Assembly: GCF_964355755.1 (NCBI RefSeq)
Contig: NC_092673.1
Span: 9,982,001 to 10,046,000 of the forward strand
Direction of reading: 5' to 3'
Length of the DNA stretch: 64,000 nt
From: Antedon mediterranea
Lineage: Eukaryota; Animalia; Echinodermata
This document shows positions 11,836 through 24,150 of the stretch, piece after piece (positions within the stretch are counted from its first letter, which is position 1; the number at the start of each line of letters is the position of its first letter). The position numbers and the translations under genes were made by a program. The notes below the pieces were generated by a model, which worked only from the letters and a program-made list of their open reading frames with translations, did not search any database and was not told the origin of the DNA.

Positions 11836-14134
11836 CTGATGGGTTGTTAAGGCTACGTTCGGTATTTCTGGTTAGTCGTGATAATCGGATAAGGTTTTGA
11901 ACTGGTACTTTTGACACAGGTTCTTCTGCCGGTTCTTGTTCTTCAGGTACAGGTTCTTGGCTACTGGTACCTTTTCTACACTGTTTGCACGGTCGACGGG
12001 ACAGTCCATCGGCGTTTCCGTGTTTGGCCCCTGGCCTGTGAACAACTGTGAACTCGTACAAGCTTATTACCTCAAACCACCTGGCTAATTGGCCTTCGGG
12101 ATTTTTAAAGTTTATGAGCCATCTTAAAGACGAATGGTCGGTTCGTATTGTAATCTTTCGTCCATATAGGTACTGCCTGAAGTACTTCAGGAAGTGCACC
12201 AACGCTAACAACTCTCTTCTAGTAACACAATAATTCTTCTCCGCTCTACTCAGCGTTCGACTCCCGTACGCCACAACTCGTTCCTGTCCATCCTGGATCT
12301 GTGATAAAACGCCTCCCAATGCATAATTACTAGTATCCGTGTCTAGGATGAATTCAGCGTCTGGATTTGGGTAAGCCAGGATAGGCGAAGTCTGTAACAT
12401 CTGCTTAAGGGTTTCAAACGCGCTTTGCTGCTGCTCACCCCACTCAAACGTTCGTGATTTCTCCGTTAGTTGAAATAGTGGCTTTGCCAGAGCTGAGAAG
12501 TCCTTAATGAACTTCCGATAGTACGCTGCTAGCCCTAGGAAACTGCGTACATCATGGGCATTTCTGGGGGTCGGCCAATCTCGTACGGCCGCCACCTTTT
12601 CTGGATCGGTTTTTTTTCCAGCTTCAGATACCACATGACCAAGGTACAGAACCTCTGTCTGAAAGAGGCTACACTTCTTAGGCTTCAATTTTAGCCCTGC
12701 GTCTCGGAATCGCTGAAACACTTTTCCCAACCTGGTTATCTCGTCCTCTATAGAACTGGCATACACAATCACATCGTCTAAGTAGATCAATAACTCTTTC
12801 CACTGCATCCCGTTCAATACCCGTTCCATGAGTCGTTCAAAAGTAGACGGCGCGTTACACAGTCCAAAAGGCATTACCGTCCACGTAAAATGACCACCTC
12901 GTACTACGAATGCCGCCTTCTGTTTAGCGTCCTCGTACAACTCTACTTGCCAATAACCGGAGGCCAAATCTAAGGTAGAGAACCATTTTTCCCCCGATAA
13001 TGCATTTAGAGAATCATCGATTCTCGGCAACGGATACGCGTCTTTGACAGTAAGGTCATTCAGCCGCATATAATCAACACAGAATCGTTTCGTCCCATCT
13101 TTCTTTGACACCAACACAACGTTCGAAGCCCAAGGGCTTTCCTTTGGTTCGATCACACCTCGTTCTAACAAGTCTCGTACCTGTTTCTCTATCTCCTCCT
13201 GGTTTGTCATAGGTTGTCGCCGTGGGGCCTCTCGTACCGGGGCAGCACCCTTGGTTTTTATGTCGTGCTTTACTAGTCCAGTTCGTCCAAGATCGGCGTC
13301 ACTGGCAGCAAACACGTCTTGATAACCGCCTAACAATTTCTGGATCTGAACATGGTGCCGATGTTTTACACCCTTAATGCTACGTTCATACAACTCCGCC
13401 AAATACACAGGCAAACCGCTACTAGACGGTGTCTCGTTCTTTACTGTTTTGGTAGTAACTGGCCGGTCTATCGTGACTGGAGTAAGGACACCAACTTTCG
13501 TACCAGCCAAAATCACTTTCTTTTCAGGACCAGCATTTAGTATAGGTAGCGGGAATGAATGAGCATTTGGGTCTACTACAGTTCGACCTACGACGAGGCC
13601 CTTTTCATCTAGACTGGAACAACCCTTCGGTTCCACTATCCATCCCCCTTTTGTTTCTCTGGGTCGTTGCACGTACGCAGTAGCAATACACTGACACTCT
13701 GCTGGTATTTCAATGGTTTCGTGTATTCTTACTAAGCGGCAAAATGGTTCTCCGTCCCTTGTGGTAAATCGGATCTTTTCGTTTCCCAAGCATAATTCTA
13801 GAGTAGACAGGTCCAGTATTCCCCCAGTCGCTAAGAGGAAATCCATTCCAAGTATACCTGGTGCTGTTAGATCCGCGAATATTACACTAATGGTTCGGCA
13901 GATATCACCTACTCGTACTTCAACGTCCGCGCTTCCCTTCGTCCTAATGGGTTTGCCGTCCGCCTGATGTAGTTCGGATGACAACTTTGACAGGCGAGGA
14001 CGCAGGTTCGCCGGTATCTGGTAGTACAAAGCAGTAGACAACAAGGTGCCTGTTGCCCCGGTATCTACTAACAGGTGCGTGTCTGTTTCTGTTACGGTTG
14101 CTTTCACGTACAACCCTTCTTTTGGGTCAAACAA
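11825..14134 (-). CDS. Gypsy pol protease-RT-RNase H
   Basis: LVDTGA, RFCVDYM.LN, LDLASGYWQ, MPFGL, YLDD, DTDTS..RRELLA, TDH. Confidence 0.92.
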   Translation of the reverse strand: MFDPKEGLYVKATVTETDTHLLVDTGATGTLLSTALYYQIPANLRPRLSKLSSELHQADGKPIRTKGSADVEVRVGDICRTISVIFADLTAPGILGMDFLLATGGILDLSTLELCLGNEKIRFTTRDGEPFCRLVRIHETIEIPAECQCIATAYVQRPRETKGGWIVEPKGCSSLDEKGLVVGRTVVDPNAHSFPLPILNAGPEKKVILAGTKVGVLTPVTIDRPVTTKTVKNETPSSSGLPVYLAELYERSIKGVKHRHHVQIQKLLGGYQDVFAASDADLGRTGLVKHDIKTKGAAPVREAPRRQPMTNQEEIEKQVRDLLERGVIEPKESPWASNVVLVSKKDGTKRFCVDYMRLNDLTVKDAYPLPRIDDSLNALSGEKWFSTLDLASGYWQVELYEDAKQKAAFVVRGGHFTWTVMPFGLCNAPSTFERLMERVLNGMQWKELLIYLDDVIVYASSIEDEITRLGKVFQRFRDAGLKLKPKKCSLFQTEVLYLGHVVSEAGKKTDPEKVAAVRDWPTPRNAHDVRSFLGLAAYYRKFIKDFSALAKPLFQLTEKSRTFEWGEQQQSAFETLKQMLQTSPILAYPNPDAEFILDTDTSNYALGGVLSQIQDGQERVVAYGSRTLSRAEKNYCVTRRELLALVHFLKYFRQYLYGRKITIRTDHSSLRWLINFKNPEGQLARWFEVISLYEFTVVHRPGAKHGNADGLSRRPCKQCRKGTSSQEPVPEEQEPAEEPVSKVPVQNLIRLSRLTRNTERSLNNPSVAG

Positions 14135-14229
14135 TGGTTCATAGGATCTCGTGATTTCTGGCTCTCGTTGGTCCTTCTTAACATGTTTGGTGCACCCCGA
14201 CTGGTCTGTCGCGTTGTCTGGTTCACTCG

Positions 14230-15282
14230 TTACTGTTTGGGTGGGCCTCCGTCGCTTCCCAACCTTCCACCGGCCCCTGTGGTTGGTTGTCCATCATTTC
14301 CCGACGGTCGTTCAGATTTGCACTCTCGAGCAAAATGCCCTATTTCACCACAACGGTAACAACCCGTCCTTGTATTCTGGTTCCGGCAATTCCCTCGTTC
14401 ACGGGTCCTAGGATGTTCTCCTCCGCTACCGGTATTGTTAGTGATAAATTCGGTTAACTGGTTCAGTGCTCGTTCCATCTTGTTTAACCGCTACTTCGCT
14501 ACTTTCCTCTCGCGTAGTGGCTCGTACCTGTTTTCGGCTTTGAATAGGCGTGCGCTGCTTTTCCATCTGCTGAAATGCCTCTATATTCAATGCCGCTAAG
14601 ATTGCATTGTCCAGTGTGTTTGGGCAAGATCTAAAGATCCCCTCTCGTAGGTCGGACCGTCGGTCGGTTAACCGTACTCGTAACCAGATTTGAATGTCCT
14701 ACTACTGGAACATAACTGTTAACACACGTCTGTGTTGGGTTCACTCGTACCGTACTCTGCAATAGTAGTTATCTCTGAAACATTTCGGCCTAGGCTCGGT
14801 AAGCTATTGGCCTGGCTCGTACCACGTACAACTCGTTTCGTACTCCCACCTGTTTCCGTAACTAACGAAATATTCAGGCCTTCTCGTTCCATTGGAATGT
14901 CGTACGGTTCTACTGTGCTATAGCCCGCTTCAAGCTTGGCTATAAGATTTGGACTTTCCCCTAATTCCGAAAATACCCGTCCGGCTCCCCATACATCCTG
15001 GAACAACGTAACACGACTCTTCCTAGGTTTAGGTGTATCACGTTTCTCCTCGAGTGGCTCCGAATCTCGACCTATCTGTTTATCCCGGCTGGCAATATCC
15101 TCATGTACTGACTGGTAACCTGATTCACGTTCAGTATAACCTGTGTCTTCAAGCGTAGGCCTAGGCCTACCTGTTGCTTGTTTGGGTTCTAATACTACGT
15201 GTTCTAATACTACGTGTTCATCCAGTAGTAGGCTATCACTAAAACTCATTAGATCCCCCTCCATACTAATATTCACAAACAA
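14230..15282 (-). pseudogene. Gypsy 2 gag with internal deletion
   Basis: N-terminal ORF 14719-15282, capsid region largely missing, CCHC knuckle CYRCGEIGHFAREC. Confidence 0.75.
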
Positions 15283-15342
15283 AGGATAATTTACTTACAA
15301 AATGAGAACAACAATAATCTTAAATCCCACCGCTTCCATCAG

Positions 15343-15734
15343 TGTAACGTTTCCCTGCCTCGTTGTTAGCGGGTTCGGCGTCGGTGTTATTCCGACGACG
15401 ATAAGTAAGTAATATGACGTACAGAAGCACAAACTACAATCTGTTATGAATTCAGGGCCTGTTTTATTCTTTTCACAACTGATAATACAGTACACAATAG
15501 AAATGATATTCTTATGCCCTACCTAATAATTGCGTGTAACTTCAGGTACAAAGTAATTCCTAGTATGGATTGGATCAGATAATTTTTAAGCCTATGACTC
15601 TTCCTGTTCAAGGTTGGAGCTCCACTGCCTCACATGTGGGTTTCTTCCTCCTTAGATTACAAATCCACCCACCAATCAGAAGCCTCCTAAGAGGACTACT
15701 CCATAACAATAAGAGGGGTATCAAAATCGTTACA
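15343..15734 (-). repeat. 5' LTR of Gypsy 2
   Basis: Direct repeat of 9756-10147, followed by the PBS. Confidence 0.95.
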
Positions 15735-15884
15735 ATACTATGACGATATCCAAATTCCTTCACTTTTCTGGCTGTTTTACTTCTCGTTTTGATTTAGCTT
15801 TTCGCTTTTATTTTGTATCTCCATTGAGATCCAGCCACTGATACCCACAGCATTGTCATTTTTTCAGTAATTTGCCTTTGGATT

Positions 15885-15916
<32 letters not shown>

Positions 15917-17400
15917 GAAAATGACAAATACCTTATAGAAAAACATTGTAAAAATACAAAATACTGATCATTTCCTTTTGACATTTTGGCAAATTAAAAC
16001 GCCATGTTACATTTATTATGACGGATGCAAATAAAATTGTAAACAAAATTAGGCCTACTCATGGTTTTCTCCTTTTAGTGATTAATTGGTCAATCTCATA
16101 TTGCCGTACGTAAGTCATCATTTCATTTGTCTTTTTATTATAATATCGAGATAATTGTTTTGCACCAGTTAGCAAATTCATTTCTATATACCCATGTAAT
16201 CTGCATATTTCACTATAATAATTACCATTCTAGAATAGAGCTATAACAGTCAATAACATCAACATCTTTTTCATTTAATAACGTATTTAATATAAAACGT
16301 TCAAAGCACTTCAAGACGGTATATTCATTGCAGCAAGACACTGTTGGTTGTTTAAACATTATTTTTAACAAATTAACTTAGTATATAAAAAACTGGGTTT
16401 ATTCCCAGGACAGCCATCATCATCATGTGTTTTATAATAATTGATCTTTGCTGGACACAATTCAGAAAATACCTCATAAATATTTTTTTAAATAATAGCT
16501 TATTATTGATGATGCAATTTGGCTGTTTCGATCCTTAATGTTAGAGGAGGTAACTATTGATCGGATCTCCTGCATAAAACGAAACATGCATTGTCTATGC
16601 AGGAGTGCATATTGCACTCATTAGCTGTTAAACCAATAGCGTTAATACCCTCAAAATATTAAAACATCTCAACTTGGTTATAAACATGTTAATAGAAAGG
16701 TGTTGTAATAAGTAAATATAGTAAGGTAAATGTGATGATAATAATACGATAAGAAGAAATCAACTCGTTGTTAGTAACTGAAGATGAGGTGTTAAATAAT
16801 GATATAATAATGTGATTAACTATAATGATCAAAGTAGCCGTGGCGGCGCAGCAAAAGGTTTGGTACATAAAGTAAACTGTCTTTAGAATTAATACTATTG
16901 TAAAAAAGGATGCACGGCTGGTTTGATCATTATTAGTACATGTATTTAAAACAAAAAATAACTCTATTCAAAGCAAAAACAACATTAAACCTAATAAAAC
17001 AATAACTTACCGTCTGTTACGAATTACTGTATTACCTAATGAAATGAATACACTGGCGATTTCGAAAATTAAGGCACACCACTGTTACGCTAAATATTAA
17101 GTTTGTGGAAGAGTAGAGAAGTCCAAATCCCGTCTCAATGCTCTCAATGCTAAATAGATGGTTTCGACTCTCGATTACAAGGACAAATCCCACTAATCGA
17201 TGGAATAATTAAACAAACCCCGCCATGATATCGCTAAATGAATTCATGCTTAGCCGATGATGGGGACACCAAATCCCATCTATCCTTATCCCGTCGTAGC
17301 GGCGGGATCCCGAACAAAAAAATCCTGGTTGACCGATGGGAGCCACAAACCAAATGACCGAATCCCGTCATCCCGAATTTGCGATATTTTCCCGATCCCG

Positions 17401-20400
17401 ATTCTGAGTACAACTGATTCCTCAGAGCGCTGAACAAATGTACATACCTTGCAATTGGCATCAATGCATTCAGGAGTATTGCGGCTTGCGAAGTCTGAGG
17501 GAACATTCGCGGAACCAGCCTAAGTGTCAAACGGAAACCTGGTATCGGCTAGCGAAGGACAGGAAAGTTGATACTCTGGGGCTCATGAAAAATTCACCCC
17601 GGCAAAGCTTTTCAAAAGCCTGCACGCACGGTTTACTGTCGGTTAAAACACAGACTCGTTTAGTAGATTGAACAACATATGGACTAAAATGCTTTACTGC
17701 GACAGCGATTGCCAGAGCTGTCGAGCTCTTAGTTTGGCACTAAAAAATCTGGCGATCCGCAGACTATCGTCACATCTAATGTCCAATGTTGCCCCAATTC
17801 CGTGTCTTTTTACCGAAAAGACTATCCAAAGCTGGTCATCTGGATGGGATAACGTGATTGTTCGACTGGTTGTGATCAACTTTTAAGCGGTCTGAAAATC
17901 TTCACAAAAGGCATCACACCACGTGATTTTGTCTCGGGACTGTAGGCCAGCCACAGCATCGTCTAAAGGTGTGAGGATGGAAGCGCAATTAGGGATAACC
18001 CGTGCGAGCACTTTATACGTCCCAATGAACGATCGGAGGCCCTTTACAGTCTTAGGGGAAGAACACATAGCGAGCGTCGAAATACGATGTGGATTGGCTC
18101 TTAAAGTGCCAAGGGATCATGTCTACCCGAGTATAGTGGTAGTTTTTGGGCAGATAAATGTTTTACTTGCCGAGAGACTGAGGCCGCATCTATAAAGTTC
18201 AGACAGCAGTCGGCGCCAGTTGCAAAGAAACTCATCTAGAGTGTCTCCTCCGCAGTAGAGATCGTCTGCAATCTTGGCAATGACGCCTTCAGAGAGAGGC
18301 TCTCCTAAGACGCAGCAAGTTCCTTCAGCTCTGTTTCAGATCCCGGTATTTGCATAGCGGACCTGGTGTATACATGGATTCCTCTGAAGGGCGTGGCCAC
18401 TCCGCAGTACTTCATCGATTCGCGTGAAAGCGGTATCTGATAAAATGCCTTAGTGAGGTCTGTAGAGATAATGTACTTCCACCTAGCGATATGACGAAGT
18501 ACAGAATTTATGTCGGGCATTAGTGAAGGCTGAGGTTTCGCGTATCGACCGTCATCCGCAAAGGCGGTGACAAGGCGGAATCCTCCGCTGTCTTTCTTGA
18601 CTAAGAATGATCGGTTTAAATATTCTACTTGAATACCCGCATCTTCTGGTCGCACAAAAACACCCACCTTCTCTAAGTCGTCGAACTTCTTTTGAAGCTC
18701 AACAAGTTTGTCTCGCGAATACTGAGAAAGTCTGCCTTTTCGCTGTGGTGGCTGTACAGGGCCCATATTAACAACAGCCTGGAAGGGACCCGCTGCGCCA
18801 TTATAGCATTTTGATATGCGGATCAAAAACAACATCGAACTCTTCGTTAAGAGATTTAAATCTTTGTCGAATTGTTGGGGGAATGATATGATCAGGGTCA
18901 AGGCGAATTTGCAATGAATGTAGTGTCGATTGTGTTGGGCGTGGTAATGAACTGGTTTTCACAGGAGGTTTATGAGTGTGGTCATAGGTGTTACAATCAT
19001 CCGGAACAAAGAGCGTATCTGACAGAAGTGTTCGTTTTGCTTAAGAACCTGAGGTAATGACGTGTTATTTTCAATGTGAATTTTTCTCTGGCCAGGTAGG
19101 AGGTCGATGGGTATAGCTGCGAGGTTCAAGGGCGAGCTCATTATCGTGAGTCGAAATATCTTCTCGGATTTGTAAATCTATGAAGTCACCGGGCCACAGA
19201 GTAGTTAAGCTGCTAGGAGCGCGTAATACTTGGGTGCGACGAATGGCAGGGGTCTTAGTAATAGTAGTGTCTTTAGAACCATACGTATAAGAAGAAGTGT
19301 TCCCTATGACTACTTGACGTTTCGCTGGACGAATGGCGATGTCATTGTTTTCCATAAAGGGTGTGCCTGCCAGAATATCAACATCGAGTCGTTCGACTAC
19401 GAGGCCGTCAAAGAGAAGTTCTGTATGGTCGCGGGAAAAATGAAATTGTTGTCTCGCCGACAACCTTTAATGGTGATGAGCAATCTGCTTGGTGGGCTGA
19501 TTGAGACAAGTCTCTGATTTAGGCCGATAGGGCTGTCGCTGCGGTAAGGGAGATCATATTACCGGTGGCACCACTATCGATAGTAATACGTGCCGAGATA
19601 GGGCGACTGTCTGATCTGTACGCGTAGTGCAGTCAGTTCTTTCTGGTTATCTGCTAAACTGGCGTAATCGCTAACGTCAGTCTCCTTGATATCTTCAATG
19701 ATTCCGATGACCTGTCTAGCCCTGATCATATACTTCTGGTCCTGTTCAGGTAAGTGAATGCATCCACTGAGAATGTGGGTATCATGCTTTCGACCAGCCT
19801 GTTTTCAAAGAGGACACAACTTTAGCTGTCGATGAATAGTAGTATTACGAGACGTGCGAGGAGCGCGTCGATAGTAGACCATGGGAGGTGTTGCGAAAGT
19901 ATACATTGCGCGTGTGTCTTCGGTAGCACGCAATTCATCGAGAAGGGAATCTATCGCTTTCCAAATTTCGGGCTTTAATTTCGCCAGGGTACGATCTCGC
20001 AGATCGGTTCCATATCGTTGCTTGACTAGACGCGGGAGGTCTTTATGGATAAGGGATAACTAGGTTAACATAATAAAATTCTTCACAGTAGGTGTCATTT
20101 CTTCATCCTCTGTGATCGCGACGCCGTGATGATTAATTCCGCCTCCAGTGCGTTGCAAATTATCGTCAACAAATGCCAATAGTCTTAGTACAAATTTTCT
20201 GGAGGTTCACCAGCTTCGAGATGAATCGTGGCAAAGTCTAAGAAGAGACCTCCGGTCGTTTGGAAGCCATAGTGAAGTCGGATGGCCTTCCAGATTTGCG
20301 AGATGGACGTGGAGCTTTTAACAATTGTGCTTCGAGAAATAACAGGACAGTAGTTTACGATCTGGCCTAGCATGAGCTCGAGCGTGTGTACCTTTTGCTG

Positions 20401-20960
20401 AGCAGTACGTTGATGTGCTCTAGGGACAGTGTCATCATCGTCCTCAAATAGGCGGAGGGTAGATGCTCTGGTTTTGGGGGCCCCATTGTGTGCCTTCCAT
20501 CAAGAATGGAGCAAAATTGTCATCCAACGAAAGTGTATAAATAATGTTCTGCCGCCATGACTCAAATGAGTTTATTGTTTCAGTTTTGGTTAAGCTCAAT
20601 TGTTTAGGAGCTCTGTTAACGTTCGCCATCCTACCAGCTATATGTGCTGGCTGGTCGTACGCCTCTGTGCGTTAGTGCGATCTCGTAGATAATATGGGCT
20701 GGGCCTAGGCTAGGCCTAAGTTAAACAACTAATAACTCACTGGTTTTAAGCGGTAGGTCCGAATATCTTGGGCTGCCACCACGCCAATATTAAGGTTGAT
20801 GTTTATATGACACAACTCTACAGATCACACATAGACCGATGTAATGCGAATAATTTATTTTAATAACTATCAATAACTCAATACAACGACATGGAAATAA
20901 AAGCAACAACGAACGACTAACGCCAGCCCATGAGGGCGCACAGGCGATGTAATTTTTATA
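17401..20960 (-). mobile_element. Gypsy LTR retrotransposon 3 (divergent lineage), degenerate and 3'-truncated
   Basis: gag [17 protein letters not shown]; protease IDSGATG; [13 protein letters not shown] and [10 protein letters not shown]; putative LTR 20788-20960 with AATAAA followed by TGGCGTGGTGGCAGC. Confidence 0.85.
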
Positions 20961-21050
20961 CCTCACTATTTGTGTTCTATCCGTTAAAAAGTCTAGAATC
21001 CATGAGTTAAGAATTGGGTTTACGTTCATATTCATTAATTTATTAGTCAT
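20961..21050 (-). pseudogene. LINE RT fragment
   Basis: ..ILNSWILDFLTDRTQIVR, a typical non-LTR RT segment. Confidence 0.6.
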
Positions 21051-21129
21051 TAAATGTGGCTGTATTGTGTTAAAAGCCGACGAGAAATCGAGAAACAGTA
21101 CACGCGCACACGTTCCAGTACCTTCATTA

Positions 21130-21368
21130 TTAACACATATACGGTAAAAAGTTTACACTTACCACAGATAATAAACCTCTGGTGGCCATTTTTGATCCTA
21201 AAAAGTATACCTGTCTTATCAGCAGAAAGAATGCAATACTCGTCATTATTTGTTACTGGATTTAATTATGATATTGAGTTTAGAAATAATAAGGCAAACG
21301 CCAATGTAGATTGTTTTTCACAACTTCCAATTGTAAAAGCAGAAGAAACTAATGTATGTAAATGTTAA
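21130..21368 (+). pseudogene. Gypsy RNase H fragment
   Basis: YGKKFTLTTDNKPL..SAERMQ..LFVTGFNYDIEFR..ANVDCFSQLP. Confidence 0.7.
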
Positions 21369-21399
21369 AGACACCTTACCTGCGTTTTTTAAATATAAT

Positions 21400-23135
21400 C
21401 AGGGCTGCAAATTAAGGGGTATTTGGTCGCATTTGCGACCTCATTTTTCTGTTTGCGACTAAAGAATTAGAATAGGTCGCGCGTAGATCGTCTGCTTGTG
21501 CGAGTTGTTTCAAATTCCCTATTTCAACACTGTTGCAATTTAATCTGTCTCTCTACTAACGGAAGGCCCATGCATCAAGGAGTTTCCACACGATATAAGG
21601 TCACCACCACAGAGTCAGATTCATTCAAGCATGCAGAGCCTCTAAACATTTTACACTTGTTGTGATTGGTAGTTTTTCCATTAATTGCATGCTGCCTTAC
21701 CCAATCACACAAAGGACACCAAACACACAGTGTGTGACATAACGCACACAAACCTCGTGGAAAATCACCTCCGTTTTAAAGAAGGAAGGCAGCCACCGTA
21801 GTACACAGAAGTTAGCCAGAGCGGGCGCGGCAGATACAAATGATTTTCGCCGCTCAGTATCATCGACATTTTTGATGCATTATAAATAAATGGTTATAGC
21901 TATTACTAATTAATGATTACTATAAAATGAAATTAATGATGTAATAATAATTATAATAATATCTACTATTCATTAATAGATTAATTTATTAAACAGCAGT
22001 ATTGTTTATAATAGATTGTTTAGCAATGTAATACTTTATTTATTTACATTACACAAACAGATTAATTTTATAAAATAAATGTAAATATGGCAGAGCGCAT
22101 GCTCACATTACACCACCGCCGGCGCACACTTTTTTGTGACAAATTGTACTTCACGCGTTGCACGACACATATTTTCCCGGCTTCTAAGCTCCGATCTTCC
22201 CGCCGGCGGCCATAGCATTACATCATCTTGTCGTAACATGTTTTTCATCAAGAAAAGATGAGCAAAAAATTTCTGATTTTTTAAAGTGTTCGACCTTGGT
22301 CTCGGAAGAACAAGAAAGTTCAGACGAATCAATAATTACTGATGATAGGCCTGATTCTATGTCGCTGTCGTCTGATGATGAAGAACCGTTGTTGGAAGAA
22401 GATAGAGTAAGAGAGGATGACCTAGTCCTAGGCATAGAAGTAGGCCAAGAAGAGGTCGCAGAAAATGCTGAGCGCCCACGGTTCGCTGCTAAAAACAGGC
22501 CTAAACCATACCATTTCCAGGAGAAGTGGTTAAAAGAATTTCCATTTCTGTGCTATTCAAAGACAGACAACATTATGTGGTGCACGTATTGCAAAGATAA
22601 TGCAGGGAGAAAAAGTACTTTAGCTACAGGTGTCTAGGGAAAATTTAAAAGGGAGACTTTGACGCTCTATTCTAGATCAAAGTCACATCAAGCTTGCCGT
22701 GATAACTGGCTTCGCAGACAAAAAAAACAGCCTTCGCAATTACAGCGGGCTTTTTAGCAAAGTCAAAAGACAAAGCTGTTAGAAGTGAAAAAAAAGATGA
22801 ACATTGCTTATTTTATTGCAAAGGAAGAGTTGCCGTTTACAAAATTTGGACCTTTAGTAACACTGCATCACAAGTGGAGCGGAAATCACACCAACGTATG
22901 CAAACCACCAAGTGTGCGCCCAGCTAATTGGCGTAATAGCAGATTCTATGAATGAACGATTTGCAAATGATGTTGACAAACAGCGATACATCAGTATTTT
23001 GATTGATGGCGACACAGATACAGTATCTCAGTCAAAGAGTGCGAGATATTATACGTTCGACGGATGCTAGAAAATGGTTTGCCTGTAAATCGTTTGGTTA
23101 GTCAAGCAGAAGTAGAACATGCTCATGCAGCTGGT
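21400..23135 (+). mobile_element. 5' part of a hAT transposon with a decayed ZNF862-like transposase (about 22296-23132)
   Basis: Terminus CAGGGCTGC at 21400; FQEKWLKEFPFL..MWCTYC (TTF-type zinc finger); AYFIAKEELPFTKF; YISILIDGDTD; stops and frameshifts. Confidence 0.75.
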
Positions 23136-23199
23136 AAGTTTAATTAAATTCTTCAGCCTAGGCCTGGATAGCAAATCACAAAATAGTATTATTATATTA

Positions 23200-24150
23200 T
23201 ACAGCGACAATTTTAGAAAGATAATAAATTTAGCGCGCTCTTTTAAATTTGTATAACTTTGACTAAAGAAATTTAAAAACTACTTTTTAACCTCAACTGG
23301 CCAACATCACAACATCCGATTTTGTTTTAAATTGTATTGTATCTATGTTTCTAAGTTCAGGAAAACAAATATCATGTATATTATATTCTGTGACGATAAA
23401 TTGAATCTTGAATCTTGGTGTATGTGAAAGTTTTTACGTATGATGAAGTCATCAAAATGAAAATGGTGGCAACTCAAGAGAAAGATAATTAATTGAGAAA
23501 GAACATATTAAAATTTGAGGAAAAATCAGGTCCAAATAAACAAAATGCGCTCTGTTGAATGTGATAGGCTATGAGGAAATAGGAAAAAAACCTGATTTTC
23601 AAGTGGCCATTTGATGACGTCACAACAATTTTTACGTCAAATGTTTACATGAATTTACATCTACAACTCAATGGTTTCCAGAATAAATTTTAAAAAGTGG
23701 GGGTCACCGTGCATTCTAAAGAATTATTTTCATTAAAAAAATGCCTTATTTTTCTACCATTTTCAGCACTTTTGTGCAATTAATGTATGTATTAAGAATG
23801 GTCAGTAGATTTGTTTAAAAAATCTGTAATTTTTACGTTTCTTAAGTATCGCACGCACAAAAACAAGTTTTTGTCCAGTAATTTTTTGAAACATGCAAAT
23901 GGCCTAATTCATGCTCTAAATTGATCAAAATGTAATTTTTATAGCTTTTGAAATTGTTAATGCATGATTTCACACGCATGACTATGTACGCGTACGTTTT
24001 TATTTAGGGTGCCTGAATAATTGCTCTTCAAATCATGATGATCTTGCAAATCAAGATGTTACATGTAAAGCCTACTGACATTTTATCTGAAATATTACTT
24101 GGGCCTAAACAAATGTAATTGTGTGTATAAAATTGATTAGCCATTTTTGA
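23200..24150 (-). mobile_element. Internal fragment of Helentron-like family B
   Basis: Reverse-complement similarity to about 51700-52750; boundaries approximate. Confidence 0.7.

Larger units (their letters stand above)
9756..15734 (-). mobile_element. Gypsy LTR retrotransposon 2, with both LTRs, recent
   Basis: 392-bp LTRs TGTAAC..GTTACA with about 4 mismatches; 4-bp TSD ATAC; Leu-like PBS TGATGGAAGCGGTGGGAT; PPT GGGAGGGGGGG at about 10151-10161. Confidence 0.96.

Noticed and set aside
10622-15118. Plus-strand ORFs opposite Gypsy 2 (and similar antisense ORFs opposite other pol genes)
   Set aside because: Antisense shadows of coding sequence with no motifs
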